Translations under genes and position numbers: made by a program
The notes under the pieces: generated by a model
Told to the model about the DNA's origin: nothing
Seen by the model: the letters and a program-made list of their open reading frames with translations, nothing else
The model's database searches: none
Shown: piece by piece, positions 18,609 to 30,603 of the stretch
Position numbering within the stretch: position 1 is the first letter of the stretch
Layout: the number at the start of each line of letters is the position of its first letter
From: an uncultured Dehalococcoidia bacterium
Lineage (GTDB): Bacteria; Chloroflexota; Dehalococcoidia; Lucifugimonadales; CAJWER01
Assembly (NCBI GenBank): GCA_964342485.1
Contig: CAYFFO010000004.1
Location: forward strand, 29,213-93,212
Length of the DNA: 64,000 bases
Direction: 5' to 3'

Positions 18609-19121
18609 ATGAGGATTTTGCCTTGGATATTCATCGCTCTTTTTATCTTAACTTGTGACACTGAATATAATGATTTTAAAAACAATAAAGAATCACTTAC
18701 AAAAACATCCACAAATCAACCGCAGGTATTGATAAGGGAAACTATATTCAATGTGGAAATTGCTGACACTGTTGAAAGGAGAACTACCGGCCTTTCCGGC
18801 AGAAAAGAATTAGATACCAATAGCGGAATGTTATTTTTATATCAAACTGGTTTTCCTACCACATATTGGATGAAAGACATGTTGTTTCCATTAGACATAA
18901 TATGGATATCTCAAAATTGTAGAATCTCTGATATCGCCCAATCTGTGCCATTCCCAAGAAGAAATGATATAGACTCACTAATACCTAGAGTTCATCCCAA
19001 AAAGCCATCTTCTTATGTTCTTGAGATAAACTCTGGAAAAAGTAAAACACATGGATTCAAAGTAGGTGATAAAGTGGAATTCACTAATTTGCTGAGCCCT
19101 TTTCACAATCTATGTGAATAA
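18609..19121 (+). CDS. DUF192-family protein, probable lipoprotein/secreted
   Basis: 170 aa with an N-terminal signal and a LTC lipobox-like site. ERRTTGLSGR...GMLFLY...YWMKDMLFPLDIIWI matches the DUF192 (COG1430) pattern. Confidence 0.8.
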   Translation: MRILPWIFIALFILTCDTEYNDFKNNKESLTKTSTNQPQVLIRETIFNVEIADTVERRTTGLSGRKELDTNSGMLFLYQTGFPTTYWMKDMLFPLDIIWISQNCRISDIAQSVPFPRRNDIDSLIPRVHPKKPSSYVLEINSGKSKTHGFKVGDKVEFTNLLSPFHNLCE

Positions 19122-19218
19122 AAATCAATATCCCTTACCCCCCGCAAAACAAGCACTATTCAAAGCCCACACATGATTTAAGATAACCATTCAATGCGAT
19201 ATTAAAAATTAAAATCTA

Positions 19219-19247
19219 TTGACTTCTTTACTCAGTCTTGATAATCT
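19219..19247 (+). promoter_or_regulatory. Candidate sigma-70 type promoter for rpoB-rpoC
   Basis: TTGACT (19219-19224), a 17-nt spacer ending in TG, then TAATCT (19242-19247). It sits about 150 nt upstream of the rpoB ATG. Confidence 0.3.
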
Positions 19248-19395
19248 GAACATCTCACTATGTGCCCAATCCTCTTTTTAACTATTTGCTTATTTAATTA
19301 CCTTGGCCGGTTTTTGTCTAATTAATACTGTTTTACATTCCATAGAGTCCAAATATTCTGGCCTGTAAAAATGGCCTAAGGAGCATTGACAAACA

Positions 19396-22300
19396 ATGGT
19401 AGCATCACTCCCAATAATCAATAAATCTAATGGTGCCTCGACCCGTAACTATTCTAGTACTGGGAACGTAGCGAGTGTTCCTAACCTTATTCAGAACCAA
19501 TTAGACTCATTTGAATGGTTCAAGACAGACGGGCTTACAGAGCTTTTTCAAGAAATATCGCCGATTGATGATAGTCCAGGCAATAGGTTTGAACTTAGTT
19601 TTTTGAGCCACAGATTTGAAGAACCCGAACGAACTGAAGATCAGTGTCGCTCGGACGAAACTACTTTTTCAGCTTCTCTTTATGTAAGAGTAGAATTAGT
19701 CAGCAAAGCGCCAGGTCCAAATGAAGGAGAGCGCAAAATACAAGACCTTTTTGTTGGTGATATCCCAATTATGACATCGTCAGGCACCTTTATTATAAAT
19801 GGAGCTGAAAGGGTTGTTGTAAGCCAGCTGGTTAGGTCACCCGGTGTATATTTTACTGCTGAAAATGATCCGACTTCAGGCAGGCCCCTGGCATCTGCCA
19901 AACTAATACCAAGCCGTGGAGCCTGGATGGAATTTGAAACAAGTCCTAAGGATGTTATATCCGTAAAAGTAGACCGCAAACGAAAAAGTCCTGTCACCAT
20001 GTTGCTAAGGGCTTTAGGTCATATTACTGACACTGAAATAACTGAACTTTTCAATGACGTAGACAATGACCCTGAACACCAGTTCATTACAACCACGATT
20101 AGTAAAGATGTTGAGATAGATAATCATGATGAAGCTCTTCTTGAATTCTATAGAAGACTGCGACCAGGAGAGCCCCCAAGTATAGACAACGCAAAAATCC
20201 TACTAAACAATCTCTTCTTCAATCCAAGGCGCTATGATCTAGGCAGAGTTGGTAGATACAAGCTTAATAAACGACTCGAAACTGATCCAGACAATACCAA
20301 TAGAGTGCTCTTGCAAGAAGATATTACAAACCTCCTTAGAAGAATGATCGAAATCAATAACGGAGTTAGGAAGCCTGACGATATTGACCATCTAGGTAAT
20401 CGCCGAGTACGGTCAGTAGGTGAATTAATCCAAATGCAAGTTAGGGTTGGGTTGCTAAGAATGGAACGTGTCATCAAAGAACGAATGACCACCCAAATAG
20501 ATCCGGCGACTGCTACACCAGCAGCTCTGGTTAATATCCGACCCGTAGTAGCAGCTGTAAGAGAATTTTTTGGGGGTTCTCAATTATCACAATTCATGCA
20601 GCAAACGAATCCTCTTGACGAATTGACCCACAAAAGAAGATTGTCTGCGCTAGGGCCAGGTGGACTTTCAAGAGAAAGAGCTGGTTTTGATGTAAGGGAT
20701 GTGCACCATTCTCATTATGGTCGAATATGCCCTATAGAAACTCCTGAAGGACCAAATATTGGGCTTTTGGGATCAATGGCAACCTACGCAAAAACGAATG
20801 AATTTGGGTTCCTGCAAACCCCTTACCGAATTGTGCACCGCACAATGAACAAAGATAACAGCGATTTGCTAGGTAGAACTGTAAGGCAGGATGTCGTGGA
20901 CAATAGTGGCAAAATTGTAATTAAATCAGGGGGGATTATATCCAAGGGGATTCAGACTCGTATATCCAAACTATCTGATCAAACGATTGAAGTTGAGCCA
21001 TATGTTTCTTCAACAACTGACGATATAACCTATTTAACCGCAGATGATGAAGAAAACGTTCACATAGCTCAAGCCACCGCTCCATTAGATAATCTTGGCC
21101 AATTTTCTGAAGACATAGTTGAAACACGCATTGGTGACGGAGTATCAGCCGAACCAGCGGAAAACATCAGCTATATGGATGTGTCTCCAATGCAGTTAGT
21201 TAGCGTATCAACATCACTAATCCCTTTCCTAGAACACGATGATGCAAACAGAGCCTTAATGGGATCTAACATGCAGAGACAGGCTGTCCCATTACTAAAG
21301 CCTCAAGCCCCGCTGGTGGGTACAGGCCTTGAAGCTAGAGTTGCTATTGATAGTGGTCAAGTGATTTTATCGGAGTCCGAAGGTGTAGTCACGGAAGCAT
21401 CTGGTAAGAAGGTTGTAGTTACTGATTCTAATGGTAATGAGCATGAGCATTCCTTAAGGAAATTTGTGCGTAGTAACCAAGGAACCTGTATCAACCAACG
21501 TTCAGTAGTTGAAGTTGGAGATATCGTTCAGGAAAATCAAGCATTGGCAGATAGTTCATCTACTGACAAAGGAGAACTCGCATTAGGGCAAAATCTTCTT
21601 GTAGCATTTATGAGTTGGGAAGGATATAACTTCGAGGATGCAATAATTATAAGTGAGAGACTGGTTAAAGATGATCGATTCACATCAATTCACATAGAAA
21701 AGCATGAACTAGAAACTAGAGACACCAAACTCGGGCCTGAAGAAATTACAAGGGATATCCCAAATGTTGGTGAAGAAAACCTTCGTAATTTAGATGAGGA
21801 GGGTATTATAAGAATCGGAGCTGAGGTAGGCCCAGGCGATATTCTTGTAGGTAAAATTACCCCTAAGGGTGAAACTGAATTAAGTGCAGAAGAAAAACTA
21901 CTAAGGGCTATTTTTGGAGAAAAGGCTAGAGATGTGCGAGACACTTCTCTACGCGTACCTCATGGTGAAAGAGGAAAAGTAATAGATGTAAGAGTATTTA
22001 GCAAGGAGAACGGTGACGATTTATCTGCTAGCGTTAATAAACTAGTGCGTATTTGGGTTGCACAAACAAGGAAAATCGCAGCAGGAGATAAAATGGCAGG
22101 GAGACATGGAAATAAAGGTGTTATCTCTACAATTCTTCCAGAAGAAGATCTGCCATATTTACCTGATGGAACTCCGGTGGACATCATACTCAATCCTATC
22201 GGCGTTCCGGCACGTATGAACCTTGGACAAGTACTAGAGACACATTTGGGACACGCAGCACGTAACCTTGGATTCAAAGCCATCACACCTGTATTTGATG

Positions 22301-23172
22301 GAGCTCCAGATCAGGCCATTGAAGATGCTCTTGCTCAGTCATGGCTAATAGAACAATCTGGAGCTATAGACCCAAAGCCAATTGATACAAATGGTATGTC
22401 CAGAATAAACCTTGATATCACTAAATCATGGTTAGTTGAAAAGGGATATGATTATCAAAAAATAATAGATGACCCAGTACCCGGAGAAGCAAGAAGAGCA
22501 TGTCTGGAAATATGGTTTCGTGAACAATTAGGCTCCGATATTTCCAATTTAACTGATAAAGAAATTAATGAGGAAATTGCTTCACTCAATCAAGATCAAA
22601 CTTTATCACCACCCACTACAGGGAAGTCAATACTATATGACGGTAGGACTGGGGAGGCTTTTGATCAACCTATCTCAGTAGGACAAATTTACATGATGAA
22701 GCTAATTCACCTAGTAGAAGATAAGGTCCATGCTAGATCAACTGGTCCTTATTCACTTATAACCCAACAACCATTGGGGGGTAAAGCACAGTTTGGCGGC
22801 CAACGGTTTGGTGAAATGGAAGTCTGGGCATTAGAAGCATATAGTGCTGCTTATAATTTACAAGAAATGCTTACAGTAAAATCTGATGACGTGGTTGGTA
22901 GGGTAAAAACTTACGAGGCAATCGTTAAAGGTGATGACATAGTGCAACCAGGTATCCCAGAATCATTCCATGTATTACTTAAAGAATTACAGAGTTTGGG
23001 ATTAGCTGTAGAGCTTCTTCACGAGGATAGTGAAGAAGCAGAAGAAGCTGATCCTTCTGACATATTGAGTTCAGAAGGATTTGGACTTGAAGACATTAAT
23101 CAAATTGATAATCAGGAACTTTCTTCAACTGAAAAAGATGAGGATGATGAATTAGTAATCCCTGACCTATAA
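19396..23172 (+). CDS. rpoB: DNA-directed RNA polymerase subunit beta
   Basis: 1258 aa with conserved blocks throughout (e.g. [99 protein letters not shown]). It has an acidic C-terminal tail. Confidence 0.99.
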   Translation: MVASLPIINKSNGASTRNYSSTGNVASVPNLIQNQLDSFEWFKTDGLTELFQEISPIDDSPGNRFELSFLSHRFEEPERTEDQCRSDETTFSASLYVRVELVSKAPGPNEGERKIQDLFVGDIPIMTSSGTFIINGAERVVVSQLVRSPGVYFTAENDPTSGRPLASAKLIPSRGAWMEFETSPKDVISVKVDRKRKSPVTMLLRALGHITDTEITELFNDVDNDPEHQFITTTISKDVEIDNHDEALLEFYRRLRPGEPPSIDNAKILLNNLFFNPRRYDLGRVGRYKLNKRLETDPDNTNRVLLQEDITNLLRRMIEINNGVRKPDDIDHLGNRRVRSVGELIQMQVRVGLLRMERVIKERMTTQIDPATATPAALVNIRPVVAAVREFFGGSQLSQFMQQTNPLDELTHKRRLSALGPGGLSRERAGFDVRDVHHSHYGRICPIETPEGPNIGLLGSMATYAKTNEFGFLQTPYRIVHRTMNKDNSDLLGRTVRQDVVDNSGKIVIKSGGIISKGIQTRISKLSDQTIEVEPYVSSTTDDITYLTADDEENVHIAQATAPLDNLGQFSEDIVETRIGDGVSAEPAENISYMDVSPMQLVSVSTSLIPFLEHDDANRALMGSNMQRQAVPLLKPQAPLVGTGLEARVAIDSGQVILSESEGVVTEASGKKVVVTDSNGNEHEHSLRKFVRSNQGTCINQRSVVEVGDIVQENQALADSSSTDKGELALGQNLLVAFMSWEGYNFEDAIIISERLVKDDRFTSIHIEKHELETRDTKLGPEEITRDIPNVGEENLRNLDEEGIIRIGAEVGPGDILVGKITPKGETELSAEEKLLRAIFGEKARDVRDTSLRVPHGERGKVIDVRVFSKENGDDLSASVNKLVRIWVAQTRKIAAGDKMAGRHGNKGVISTILPEEDLPYLPDGTPVDIILNPIGVPARMNLGQVLETHLGHAARNLGFKAITPVFDGAPDQAIEDALAQSWLIEQSGAIDPKPIDTNGMSRINLDITKSWLVEKGYDYQKIIDDPVPGEARRACLEIWFREQLGSDISNLTDKEINEEIASLNQDQTLSPPTTGKSILYDGRTGEAFDQPISVGQIYMMKLIHLVEDKVHARSTGPYSLITQQPLGGKAQFGGQRFGEMEVWALEAYSAAYNLQEMLTVKSDDVVGRVKTYEAIVKGDDIVQPGIPESFHVLLKELQSLGLAVELLHEDSEEAEEADPSDILSSEGFGLEDINQIDNQELSSTEKDEDDELVIPDL

Positions 23173-23225
23173 ACTAAAATATATTTGTATCAATCAGTTA
23201 AAATTTCCGCACTCAGGAGTAATTA

Positions 23226-26200
23226 ATGGCTAATAGTGGCAATGATTTCAATGCTGTCCGGATCGCCTTAGCCTCTCCAGACCAGATAAAAACATGGTCT
23301 TATGGTGAGGTCACAAAACCAGAAACAATAAACTATCGCACATTGAGACCCGAAAAAGATGGACTATTTTGTGAAAGGATATTTGGTCCTACAAAAGATT
23401 GGGAATGCTATTGTGGAAAATATAAGAAAATAAGGCACAAGGGAGTAATATGCGACCGTTGTGGAGTAGAAGTTGCACGTGCAAAGGTCCGTCGAGAACG
23501 TATGGGTCATATCAATTTAGCTGCTCCTGTAGCTCACATTTGGATGTCAAAAGGGACACCGAGTAGATTAGGTTTAATTCTTAGCCTTTCGCCTAGGAAT
23601 CTGGAAAGGGTAATTTATTTCGCTCAATATTTAGTTACTAGTGTTGACGATGAAATGTGTCAAGTAGCCAAAGAACAATTAAAAGCAGAATTGAAAGAAA
23701 CAAGTGAACGACTTGACATAGAACTTGAAGAAAAGATAGGTAATATTGGTCAAGAATACGAACAAGTTGATGCCAATAATTCTATCCAGGACAAAGAAGA
23801 TGAGGATTCAGGTTCTATCGACAACAACTCTCCTCAATTAACAACTGATGGACCCGATTTGAACGAAATAAGAGAAAAGCTCCAACAACAAAAACAAGAT
23901 ATTGAAAATGAAATCCAAGATAAGATAGATGAATTAGAAAGCCTACAAGTCGGATTGTTATTATCTGAAAATCGCTACATCGAACTCCAAGAAAAATTTG
24001 GAGAATTATTTGTTGCTTCTATGGGAGCAGAAGCTGTATTACAGATGATGAACAATCTTGATCTAGATAAAAGGAAAAGTGACCTCCAAGGCGAAATTCG
24101 CTCGACATCAGGTCAGCGAAGAAAAAAGGCGATTAAGACTCTTAGGCTAGTAGAATCTCTACGGAAAAGCGGTAATAAGCCAGAATGGATGGTGCTCTCT
24201 GTTCTGCCAGTTCTACCACCAGAACTTCGCCCTATGGTACAGCTAGATGGCGGACGTTTTGCAACAAGCGATCTCAACGATCTGTATAGACGAGTAATAA
24301 ATAGGAATAACCGATTAAGAAGATTAATCGGCTTACAGGCACCGGAAATAATTATCCGCAATGAAAAAAGAATGCTCCAAGAGTCAGTTGACGCACTCAT
24401 TGATAACGGTCGCCGAGGAAGGCCTGTTTCAGGAAGTCATAATCATCGATTAAAATCTTTGTCTGATCTACTCAGAGGAAAACAAGGAAGATTTCGTCAA
24501 AATCTTTTAGGTAAGCGAGTAGACTACAGTGGAAGATCAGTTATCGCGGTAGGACCTAATTTACAACTCCACCAATGTGGTCTTCCAAGACGAATGGCAC
24601 TTGAACTATTTAAACCATTTGTTATGAACAGATTAGTTCTACAAGGTTATGCACATAATATTAAAAGTGCAAAAAGACTCGCTGAAAGAGCTCGCCCAGA
24701 AGTTTGGGACATACTAGAAGAAGTAGTGTCAGAAAGGCCCGTACTATTAAACCGAGCTCCGACTTTACATAGACTTGGAATTCAAGCATTTCAGCCGATT
24801 TTAGTTGAGGGCGGAGCAATACAAGTGCATCCACTCGTATGCCAGGCTTTCAATGCTGATTTTGACGGTGATCAAATGGCCGTTCACGTTCCTTTATCTA
24901 AAGGAGCTGTTCAAGAAGCCAGAAAAGTGATGCTTAGCTCTTACAACATGCTCTCTCCCAGCTCTGGAGAACCCATAGTTGCACCCACTTTAGACATAGC
25001 CTTTGGCTGCTACTATTTAACAACTGTAGAAAACATTCCTGTTGACCAAAAAAATGTTTTCTCTAGTTTTGACGATGCAAGATTAGCCCATGAGACTGGT
25101 GAATTAGGATTAAGGTCTCCTATAAAAGTACGGCATCAACCAACTGAGGATAAAACAGAAATAATTGAGACGAGTGTTGGAAGAATTATATTTAACGAAG
25201 CTCTCCCAAATGAGATGTCTTTCCGTAATAGCGAACAAGGGAAAGATGCATTAAAAGAAATAACCGCAGAGTGCTTCAGTCTCCTAGGAAATGATGCAAC
25301 TCTAAAAGCTCTAGATGCAATCAAAGCATTGGGATTCAAGTATGCTTCACAATCGGGTACAACAATAGCCATTAATGATATCGGTGTGCCTATTGAAAAA
25401 GATAAGATAATTCAAGAAGCAGAAGAAAAAATATCAACGCTTGAAGAACAATACCAACACGGCCTAATTAGAGAAATAGAAAAATATACAAACTCAGTTG
25501 AAGTATGGACAGAAGCAAATTCACGTCTAACTAACGTTATACAAGACAACCTCCATAACTATGGCGGCATATATTTGATGGCTATTTCTGGGGCAAAAGG
25601 TAATATCCAACAAATTAAGCAAATGGCTGGTATGAGAGGACTAATGTCCGACCCTAAAGGTAGAATTATTGACAGGCCCATTAAATCCAATTTCCGAGAA
25701 GGATTAAGTGTGCTTGAATATTTTATATCAACTCACGGAGCACGCAAAGGTCTAGCTGACACAGCTCTTCGAACTGCTGACAGCGGTTATTTAACGCGAC
25801 GACTAATCGACGTAGCACAAGAAGTAACTATCACAATCGAAGACTGTGAAACCCTCTCAGGTGTTTGGGTAGAAAATGTACCTGATCCAGAACTGAAAAC
25901 TCCATTTATAGATCGGATTAAAAGTCGTACCATAGTTAACCCTGTGCCAAACCCGGAAACCGGAGAAGTAGTAATTGATAGAAACCAGTCGGTAACAGAA
26001 GCCATTAGTATCCAAATCACCGAATTGAATGTAGAAGGAATAATGGTACGTTCACCACTAACTTGTGAAGCAGACCGTGGAATATGTAAAAAGTGTTATG
26101 GAACATCCCTCTCCACTGGAAACCCTGTAATGGAAGGTGAAGCAGTGGGAATTATAGCAGCGCAAAGTATTGGTGAACCGGGTACTCAGCTAACAATGCG

Positions 26201-27275
26201 CACATTTCACACAGGTGGTATTGCTGGATCTGATATAACTAGCGGGTTACCACGAGTGGAAGAACTTTTTGAGGCCAGAGCACCAAAAGGTGAAGCTATT
26301 CTTACTGAAATTGCAGGGACAGTAGAGGTTGCTAATCTTTCAGATGGAAGAAGTATCACTGTAAGAAGTACAGAAGAATACAGAGACGAGTATCAACTAG
26401 GTACTAACCATAAAATCTTGGTCTCTGAAGGTGATCACATCAATATAGGTGACCAAATTGCAGAACATGATAAATCAAAAGATTCTGAAGAAAATGCCTT
26501 ACCCGCGCAATCAGGTGACAATCTTCTAGCTCGAGTATCTGGAACTGTTCAAATTACCGATAAAGGCATCACTATATCTTGGTCAGAAGAAGATGAGCGT
26601 GAGTATGTAATACCCGCTGCATCCCATATAATCGTTCAAGACGGCGATTTGGTTGATGCAGGACAAGCTCTTACAGCAGGCCCCAAGAACCCGCAACAAA
26701 TCCTTCGTATTCAAGGTCGTGACCATGTTCAAAAATACTTGATTGATGAAGTTCAACAAGTTTACCGTTCTCAAGGTGTTGCAATACACGAAAAGCATAT
26801 CGAGATAATAATCAGGCAAATGATGAGAAAAGTTCGTATAGATACTCTCGGTGATACCGATCTTCTACCAGGTGAATTAGCCAGTAGGCAATACTATGAA
26901 TCTACTAATGCTTCAGTCTTGGCTGAAGGAGGAGAGCCATCCACCGCAAGTCCAGTCCTACTAGGAATTACAAGAGCATCACTTAATATGGAGAGCTTTT
27001 TAGCTGCTGCATCGTTCCAAGAAACAACTCGAGTCCTGACAGAATCTGCAGTAAGTGGAGATATCGACTATCTAAGAGGATTAAAAGAAAACGTAATAAT
27101 TGGAAGACTAATACCTGCTAGATTCGATATTTCTGAAGAAGGTAGAGAACACCTTGATCTGGATGAAAATGATGAACACGCACCTATGGGAGTGCTCGCA
27201 ACTCCTTTAGCAAATTTGTCAGACCATCAGAATTCAGTTGATGAAATCCCAGACAAAGAATTACCTTCACTATAA
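23226..27275 (+). CDS. rpoC: DNA-directed RNA polymerase subunit beta'
   Basis: 1349 aa with the zinc ribbon CYCGKY...CDRCG, the catalytic [12 protein letters not shown] and trigger-loop/bridge-helix blocks. A large acidic coiled-coil insertion spans about residues 140-260. Confidence 0.99.
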   Translation: MANSGNDFNAVRIALASPDQIKTWSYGEVTKPETINYRTLRPEKDGLFCERIFGPTKDWECYCGKYKKIRHKGVICDRCGVEVARAKVRRERMGHINLAAPVAHIWMSKGTPSRLGLILSLSPRNLERVIYFAQYLVTSVDDEMCQVAKEQLKAELKETSERLDIELEEKIGNIGQEYEQVDANNSIQDKEDEDSGSIDNNSPQLTTDGPDLNEIREKLQQQKQDIENEIQDKIDELESLQVGLLLSENRYIELQEKFGELFVASMGAEAVLQMMNNLDLDKRKSDLQGEIRSTSGQRRKKAIKTLRLVESLRKSGNKPEWMVLSVLPVLPPELRPMVQLDGGRFATSDLNDLYRRVINRNNRLRRLIGLQAPEIIIRNEKRMLQESVDALIDNGRRGRPVSGSHNHRLKSLSDLLRGKQGRFRQNLLGKRVDYSGRSVIAVGPNLQLHQCGLPRRMALELFKPFVMNRLVLQGYAHNIKSAKRLAERARPEVWDILEEVVSERPVLLNRAPTLHRLGIQAFQPILVEGGAIQVHPLVCQAFNADFDGDQMAVHVPLSKGAVQEARKVMLSSYNMLSPSSGEPIVAPTLDIAFGCYYLTTVENIPVDQKNVFSSFDDARLAHETGELGLRSPIKVRHQPTEDKTEIIETSVGRIIFNEALPNEMSFRNSEQGKDALKEITAECFSLLGNDATLKALDAIKALGFKYASQSGTTIAINDIGVPIEKDKIIQEAEEKISTLEEQYQHGLIREIEKYTNSVEVWTEANSRLTNVIQDNLHNYGGIYLMAISGAKGNIQQIKQMAGMRGLMSDPKGRIIDRPIKSNFREGLSVLEYFISTHGARKGLADTALRTADSGYLTRRLIDVAQEVTITIEDCETLSGVWVENVPDPELKTPFIDRIKSRTIVNPVPNPETGEVVIDRNQSVTEAISIQITELNVEGIMVRSPLTCEADRGICKKCYGTSLSTGNPVMEGEAVGIIAAQSIGEPGTQLTMRTFHTGGIAGSDITSGLPRVEELFEARAPKGEAILTEIAGTVEVANLSDGRSITVRSTEEYRDEYQLGTNHKILVSEGDHINIGDQIAEHDKSKDSEENALPAQSGDNLLARVSGTVQITDKGITISWSEEDEREYVIPAASHIIVQDGDLVDAGQALTAGPKNPQQILRIQGRDHVQKYLIDEVQQVYRSQGVAIHEKHIEIIIRQMMRKVRIDTLGDTDLLPGELASRQYYESTNASVLAEGGEPSTASPVLLGITRASLNMESFLAAASFQETTRVLTESAVSGDIDYLRGLKENVIIGRLIPARFDISEEGREHLDLDENDEHAPMGVLATPLANLSDHQNSVDEIPDKELPSL

Positions 27276-27362
27276 AAATCTAAGTGCATAAACCGGAAAG
27301 TTTTTATCTTGACCTTAGCGAAGGTGAGTTGTTACACTTGGTCGGCCAGATGCCCAAAAACT

Positions 27363-27439
27363 GGGCGGTTAGCTCAGGGGTTTAGAGCGCTGCGTTGACA
27401 TCGCAGAGGTCATTGGTTCAAATCCAGTACCGCCCACCA
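27363..27439 (+). tRNA. tRNA-Val (anticodon GAC), CCA encoded
   Basis: Hand-folded cloverleaf: acceptor GGGCGGT/ACCGCCC, D stem GCTC/GAGC, anticodon stem CTGCG/CGCAG with loop TTGACAT, and T arm ATTGG-TTCAAAT-CCAGT. Confidence 0.9.
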
Positions 27440-27526
27440 AGATACTGGTGTTAAAATATCTAATTAGGATAGGGGATATACTTAACAAAAGACCCCTTAT
27501 TATCTGATAGTCTTATAACAAATTGT

Positions 27527-27603
27527 GGCCCCGTGGTGTAGCGGCCTAACACACTGCCCTGTCAAGGCAGAGATCGCCGGTTCGAATCCGGTCGGGGTCG
27601 CCA
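27527..27603 (+). tRNA. tRNA-Asp (anticodon GTC), CCA encoded
   Basis: Cloverleaf: acceptor GGCCCCG/CGGGGTC, anticodon stem CTGCC/GGCAG with loop CTGTCAA, T arm GCCGG-TTCGAAT-CCGGT and discriminator G. Confidence 0.9.
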
Positions 27604-27786
27604 CAATAAAGGATGTTATTAACTATGAATCTATACAATCACGACACAAATCTTGTTCAAAACAACATGATTTGATAGCCCTAATTAATAAAAGTAATCT
27701 CCAAAAACTCAGATTGTAATTATAAGCTCCATAAATCTATGTGAATAGTTGTAAAGATGAGTTTTTGTACACGATTTACAAGTTAT

Positions 27787-28890
27787 TTATTCTACTGTGC
27801 CTGTATATTCCTTTTTTAACATGTCCCAGTCAATTTCATATCCCAAACCAGGCTCTGTAGGCGCTAGTACCATGCCTTGACTATCATATTCAATATCACT
27901 AACTAAACCATACTTGTTAGCTCCTGTGCATGGAAAGAATTCAAAAAATTCACAGTTAGGTATGGCCATAGTCACATGAAGATTTGCTACATTATTGAGC
28001 GAATTCCCGCCATGGTGAATCTCACACTTCATATTAAATCCTTCAGCTAAATGACCGAGTCTTATCATCGGGGTGATACCACCAGTCACTGCAACGTCTC
28101 CCCTAAGTATATCTGTTGCATATTCGGTAATCCATTGAGTCATACCATAAAAACGACCAGGAGCATATTCTGTTGACATAATAGGAATGTCCAGCTTCTG
28201 GTGTAATTTAATATAGCTATATATATCTTCTTCGACCAATGGGTCTTCATACCAATAATAATTTAGGTCTTCTATAGCGCGTCCAACTCTCAAAGCGTCT
28301 TCATATTGGTATGCCCACATAGAATCCAACATCAGTTTCATGTCACTACCAACGGCATCTCTAACAGCAGAACAAATTTCTATATCATACAAGGGATCCC
28401 CATGTGGATGAATCTTATGAGCAGTAAGACCACTCTGTTTCATAAGTATAGATTCCTCTACATATTCTTCCTTGGTTTCGTGGAATGCGGTACTTGAATA
28501 AACCGGTACTGAATCTTTACAAGTCCCGAGTAGACGGTGGATTGGCTGATTTGAAATCTTGCCGTTTATATCCCATAAACAAATATCTATAGCTCCAATT
28601 ACGTAGGTAGAAACCAAACGATTCATCTTCCACATATCCCACCACAAACCTCCGATATCCTGTGCATTACGTCCTAAGATTATGGGCTTTATAAACTCTA
28701 TTAGACCTGGTGCTAAATGATCTGCTCCCAATCCAGACGATCCAAGAAAAGCATTACCTTCAATTCCTTCATCCGTCTCGACTGTAACCACGCCTAGCTG
28801 GCGAGTACCTCCGAATCTTGTGCCTACTCCAGTGTGCCAAGGATCAGTTCTCCAATTAAACATCTCGACTTTTACATTGGTTATTTTCAT
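27787..28890 (-). CDS. Enolase-superfamily enzyme (mandelate racemase / muconate lactonizing enzyme family)
   Basis: 367 aa. Capping domain with AIDICLWDINGK, and barrel-domain metal ligands in LMLDSM, WYEDP and STEY. Substrate is unknown. Confidence 0.85.
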   Translation of the reverse strand: MKITNVKVEMFNWRTDPWHTGVGTRFGGTRQLGVVTVETDEGIEGNAFLGSSGLGADHLAPGLIEFIKPIILGRNAQDIGGLWWDMWKMNRLVSTYVIGAIDICLWDINGKISNQPIHRLLGTCKDSVPVYSSTAFHETKEEYVEESILMKQSGLTAHKIHPHGDPLYDIEICSAVRDAVGSDMKLMLDSMWAYQYEDALRVGRAIEDLNYYWYEDPLVEEDIYSYIKLHQKLDIPIMSTEYAPGRFYGMTQWITEYATDILRGDVAVTGGITPMIRLGHLAEGFNMKCEIHHGGNSLNNVANLHVTMAIPNCEFFEFFPCTGANKYGLVSDIEYDSQGMVLAPTEPGLGYEIDWDMLKKEYTGTVE

Positions 28891-29004
28891 TAAAAATATC
28901 CTCTGTTTTTATCCGATATAAATCGATTCTTTTTTTAATACCACTTACAAGTACAGATAGTTAATGCTCAGTTCTAAAACATGTACACTCTTCAAAAGCT
29001 CCAT

Positions 29005-30060
29005 CTAACCAGGACTCACTACAACCCTAAAAACATCTTTATCCGTCTTCATCATTTCTGAAAAACCCTTGTCTATTACATCATCTATGCATATTTTCTG
29101 AGATATTAAGTTCGCAGTTTTTACAGAATTGTTAGCTATTAACTCGAGCACATCCTCTAAATCATCTCGTAGATAAGCTAAGGAACCAATCAGTTTTTTT
29201 TCAGTTGCAACCAGATCATTAAAATCAACCTTAGCCAAATGAGTATAAATAGCAACTAAAGTTACTGTCCCTCCGGGCTTAACCATGTCAATAGCTGTAT
29301 TCGGAGTTTGCTTGCCTCCTGCAGAGTCAATAACTACATCCAATCCATGATTACTTGTAAATTTAAATATTTTTTCTGAGTAATCTTTTTCTGAAACGTT
29401 GATAGTATGATCGGCTCCTAGTACTTTTGCCATCTCTAGACTAGATTGGCTCTTATCAAATGCAACTACAGACGCTCCAAAAGACTTCGCTATTTGCAAA
29501 ATTAGAAGCCCGATAGTACCGCAACCAAGAATACCCAATAATTGTCCGCCTCGAAGACTGCTCTTACGAACAGCATGCATCGCTACCGAAGCAGGTTCAG
29601 CAAAAACTGCCTGTTCACTACTTACTTTATCAGGTAATTCTATTACTTCAGAACCTTTCCAAATCATATAATCTGCTAACCCACCATTTAAATCGAAGCC
29701 AGCAACCGCCATTTTCTGACATAGTGTTTTATTTCCTGATCGGCAAGCAACACAGATATCACAAGTTAAAACAGTATTTACTGCTACACGACTCCCAAGC
29801 TCGATATTTTTTATATTAGAACCACGTTCAATTACAGTACCTGTCATTTCATGGCCGGTTATTAATGGCAACTTCTTTCCAGTAATTGAATTGGGAACAT
29901 CATGAGAAATAAATTTTGGACCATAAAGGTATTCTTCGACATCAGTAGCACAAATCCCACAGTAATCTATCCTCAATTTGACTTCTTCTGCATTAGGTAT
30001 AGGTTCAGGAACATCCTCGATGCGGATATCCCTATTTCCATGATAAACAACTGCCTTCAT
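29005..30060 (-). CDS. Zinc-dependent medium-chain alcohol/polyol dehydrogenase
   Basis: 351 aa with catalytic-zinc GHEMTGTV, structural-zinc Cys cluster CDICVACRSGNKTLC and Rossmann GCGTIGLL. Confidence 0.88.
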   Translation of the reverse strand: MKAVVYHGNRDIRIEDVPEPIPNAEEVKLRIDYCGICATDVEEYLYGPKFISHDVPNSITGKKLPLITGHEMTGTVIERGSNIKNIELGSRVAVNTVLTCDICVACRSGNKTLCQKMAVAGFDLNGGLADYMIWKGSEVIELPDKVSSEQAVFAEPASVAMHAVRKSSLRGGQLLGILGCGTIGLLILQIAKSFGASVVAFDKSQSSLEMAKVLGADHTINVSEKDYSEKIFKFTSNHGLDVVIDSAGGKQTPNTAIDMVKPGGTVTLVAIYTHLAKVDFNDLVATEKKLIGSLAYLRDDLEDVLELIANNSVKTANLISQKICIDDVIDKGFSEMMKTDKDVFRVVVSPG

Positions 30061-30086
30061 ATCAATAACCCTTAATCACTAGATAA

Positions 30087-30506
30087 TTAAAAATCCTGTT
30101 TTGAGATTACTGCGTACACATCAATTTCAAAATCGATCCAAGATTCAGCTAAACCTTTAACAACAATACCAGTTGAACAAGGATACACATCACCTAGATG
30201 TCTTGCTATGACTGGATAAACTAGAGGTCTGTACGAAGAATTTGTGACATATGTCGTTATTTTACAAATATCATTAACACTTGATCCAACTTCTTCCAAT
30301 AAAACCCTAACACAGAGCATAGCATTCTCAGCCTGTTTCTCTGGGTCGCCTTTACCAACAAATCCTTCTTTGTCAAGAAGTATGCCTGTCTGACCTTGTA
30401 TAAACACAGTATGTCCTGCTAAAACAACTCTACTAAGTTCATAGTCTACTTGCGATAATAATGGTCCATTTTTTGTATTCTTTATTCTTTTTCTTATTTT
30501 ATGCAT
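30087..30506 (-). CDS. RidA/YjgF/TdcF-family protein (reactive enamine/imine deaminase-like)
   Basis: 139 aa. Its size and C-terminal pattern (TTYVTN...VYPCSTGIVVKGL...IEIDVYA) are typical of the YjgF/RidA fold. Confidence 0.75.
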   Translation of the reverse strand: MHKIRKRIKNTKNGPLLSQVDYELSRVVLAGHTVFIQGQTGILLDKEGFVGKGDPEKQAENAMLCVRVLLEEVGSSVNDICKITTYVTNSSYRPLVYPVIARHLGDVYPCSTGIVVKGLAESWIDFEIDVYAVISKQDF

Positions 30507-30591
30507 TATAGAAATTCCGCAAAATTTATCCTACACGATAAGTTAAAACAAAAATATAACAATCCAGTCTTAGCTAGCCAAAACCCGTATG

Positions 30592-30603
30592 CTATAATTA
30601 TAG
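30592..30603. promoter_or_regulatory. Perfect 12-bp palindrome CTATAATTATAG overlapping a TATAAT -10 element upstream of argJ
   Basis: Read directly. TATAAT lies at 30594-30599, 90 nt upstream of the argJ ATG. The palindrome could be an operator, e.g. for an arginine repressor. Confidence 0.3.

Noticed and set aside
27525-27719. 64-aa ORF overlapping tRNA-Asp. ORFs 52810-53097 (-) and 52951-53148 (+) overlap tRNA-Leu in the same way.
   Set aside because: The sequences are explained by clean tRNA cloverleaves. The ORFs are translation artefacts through structured RNA genes.
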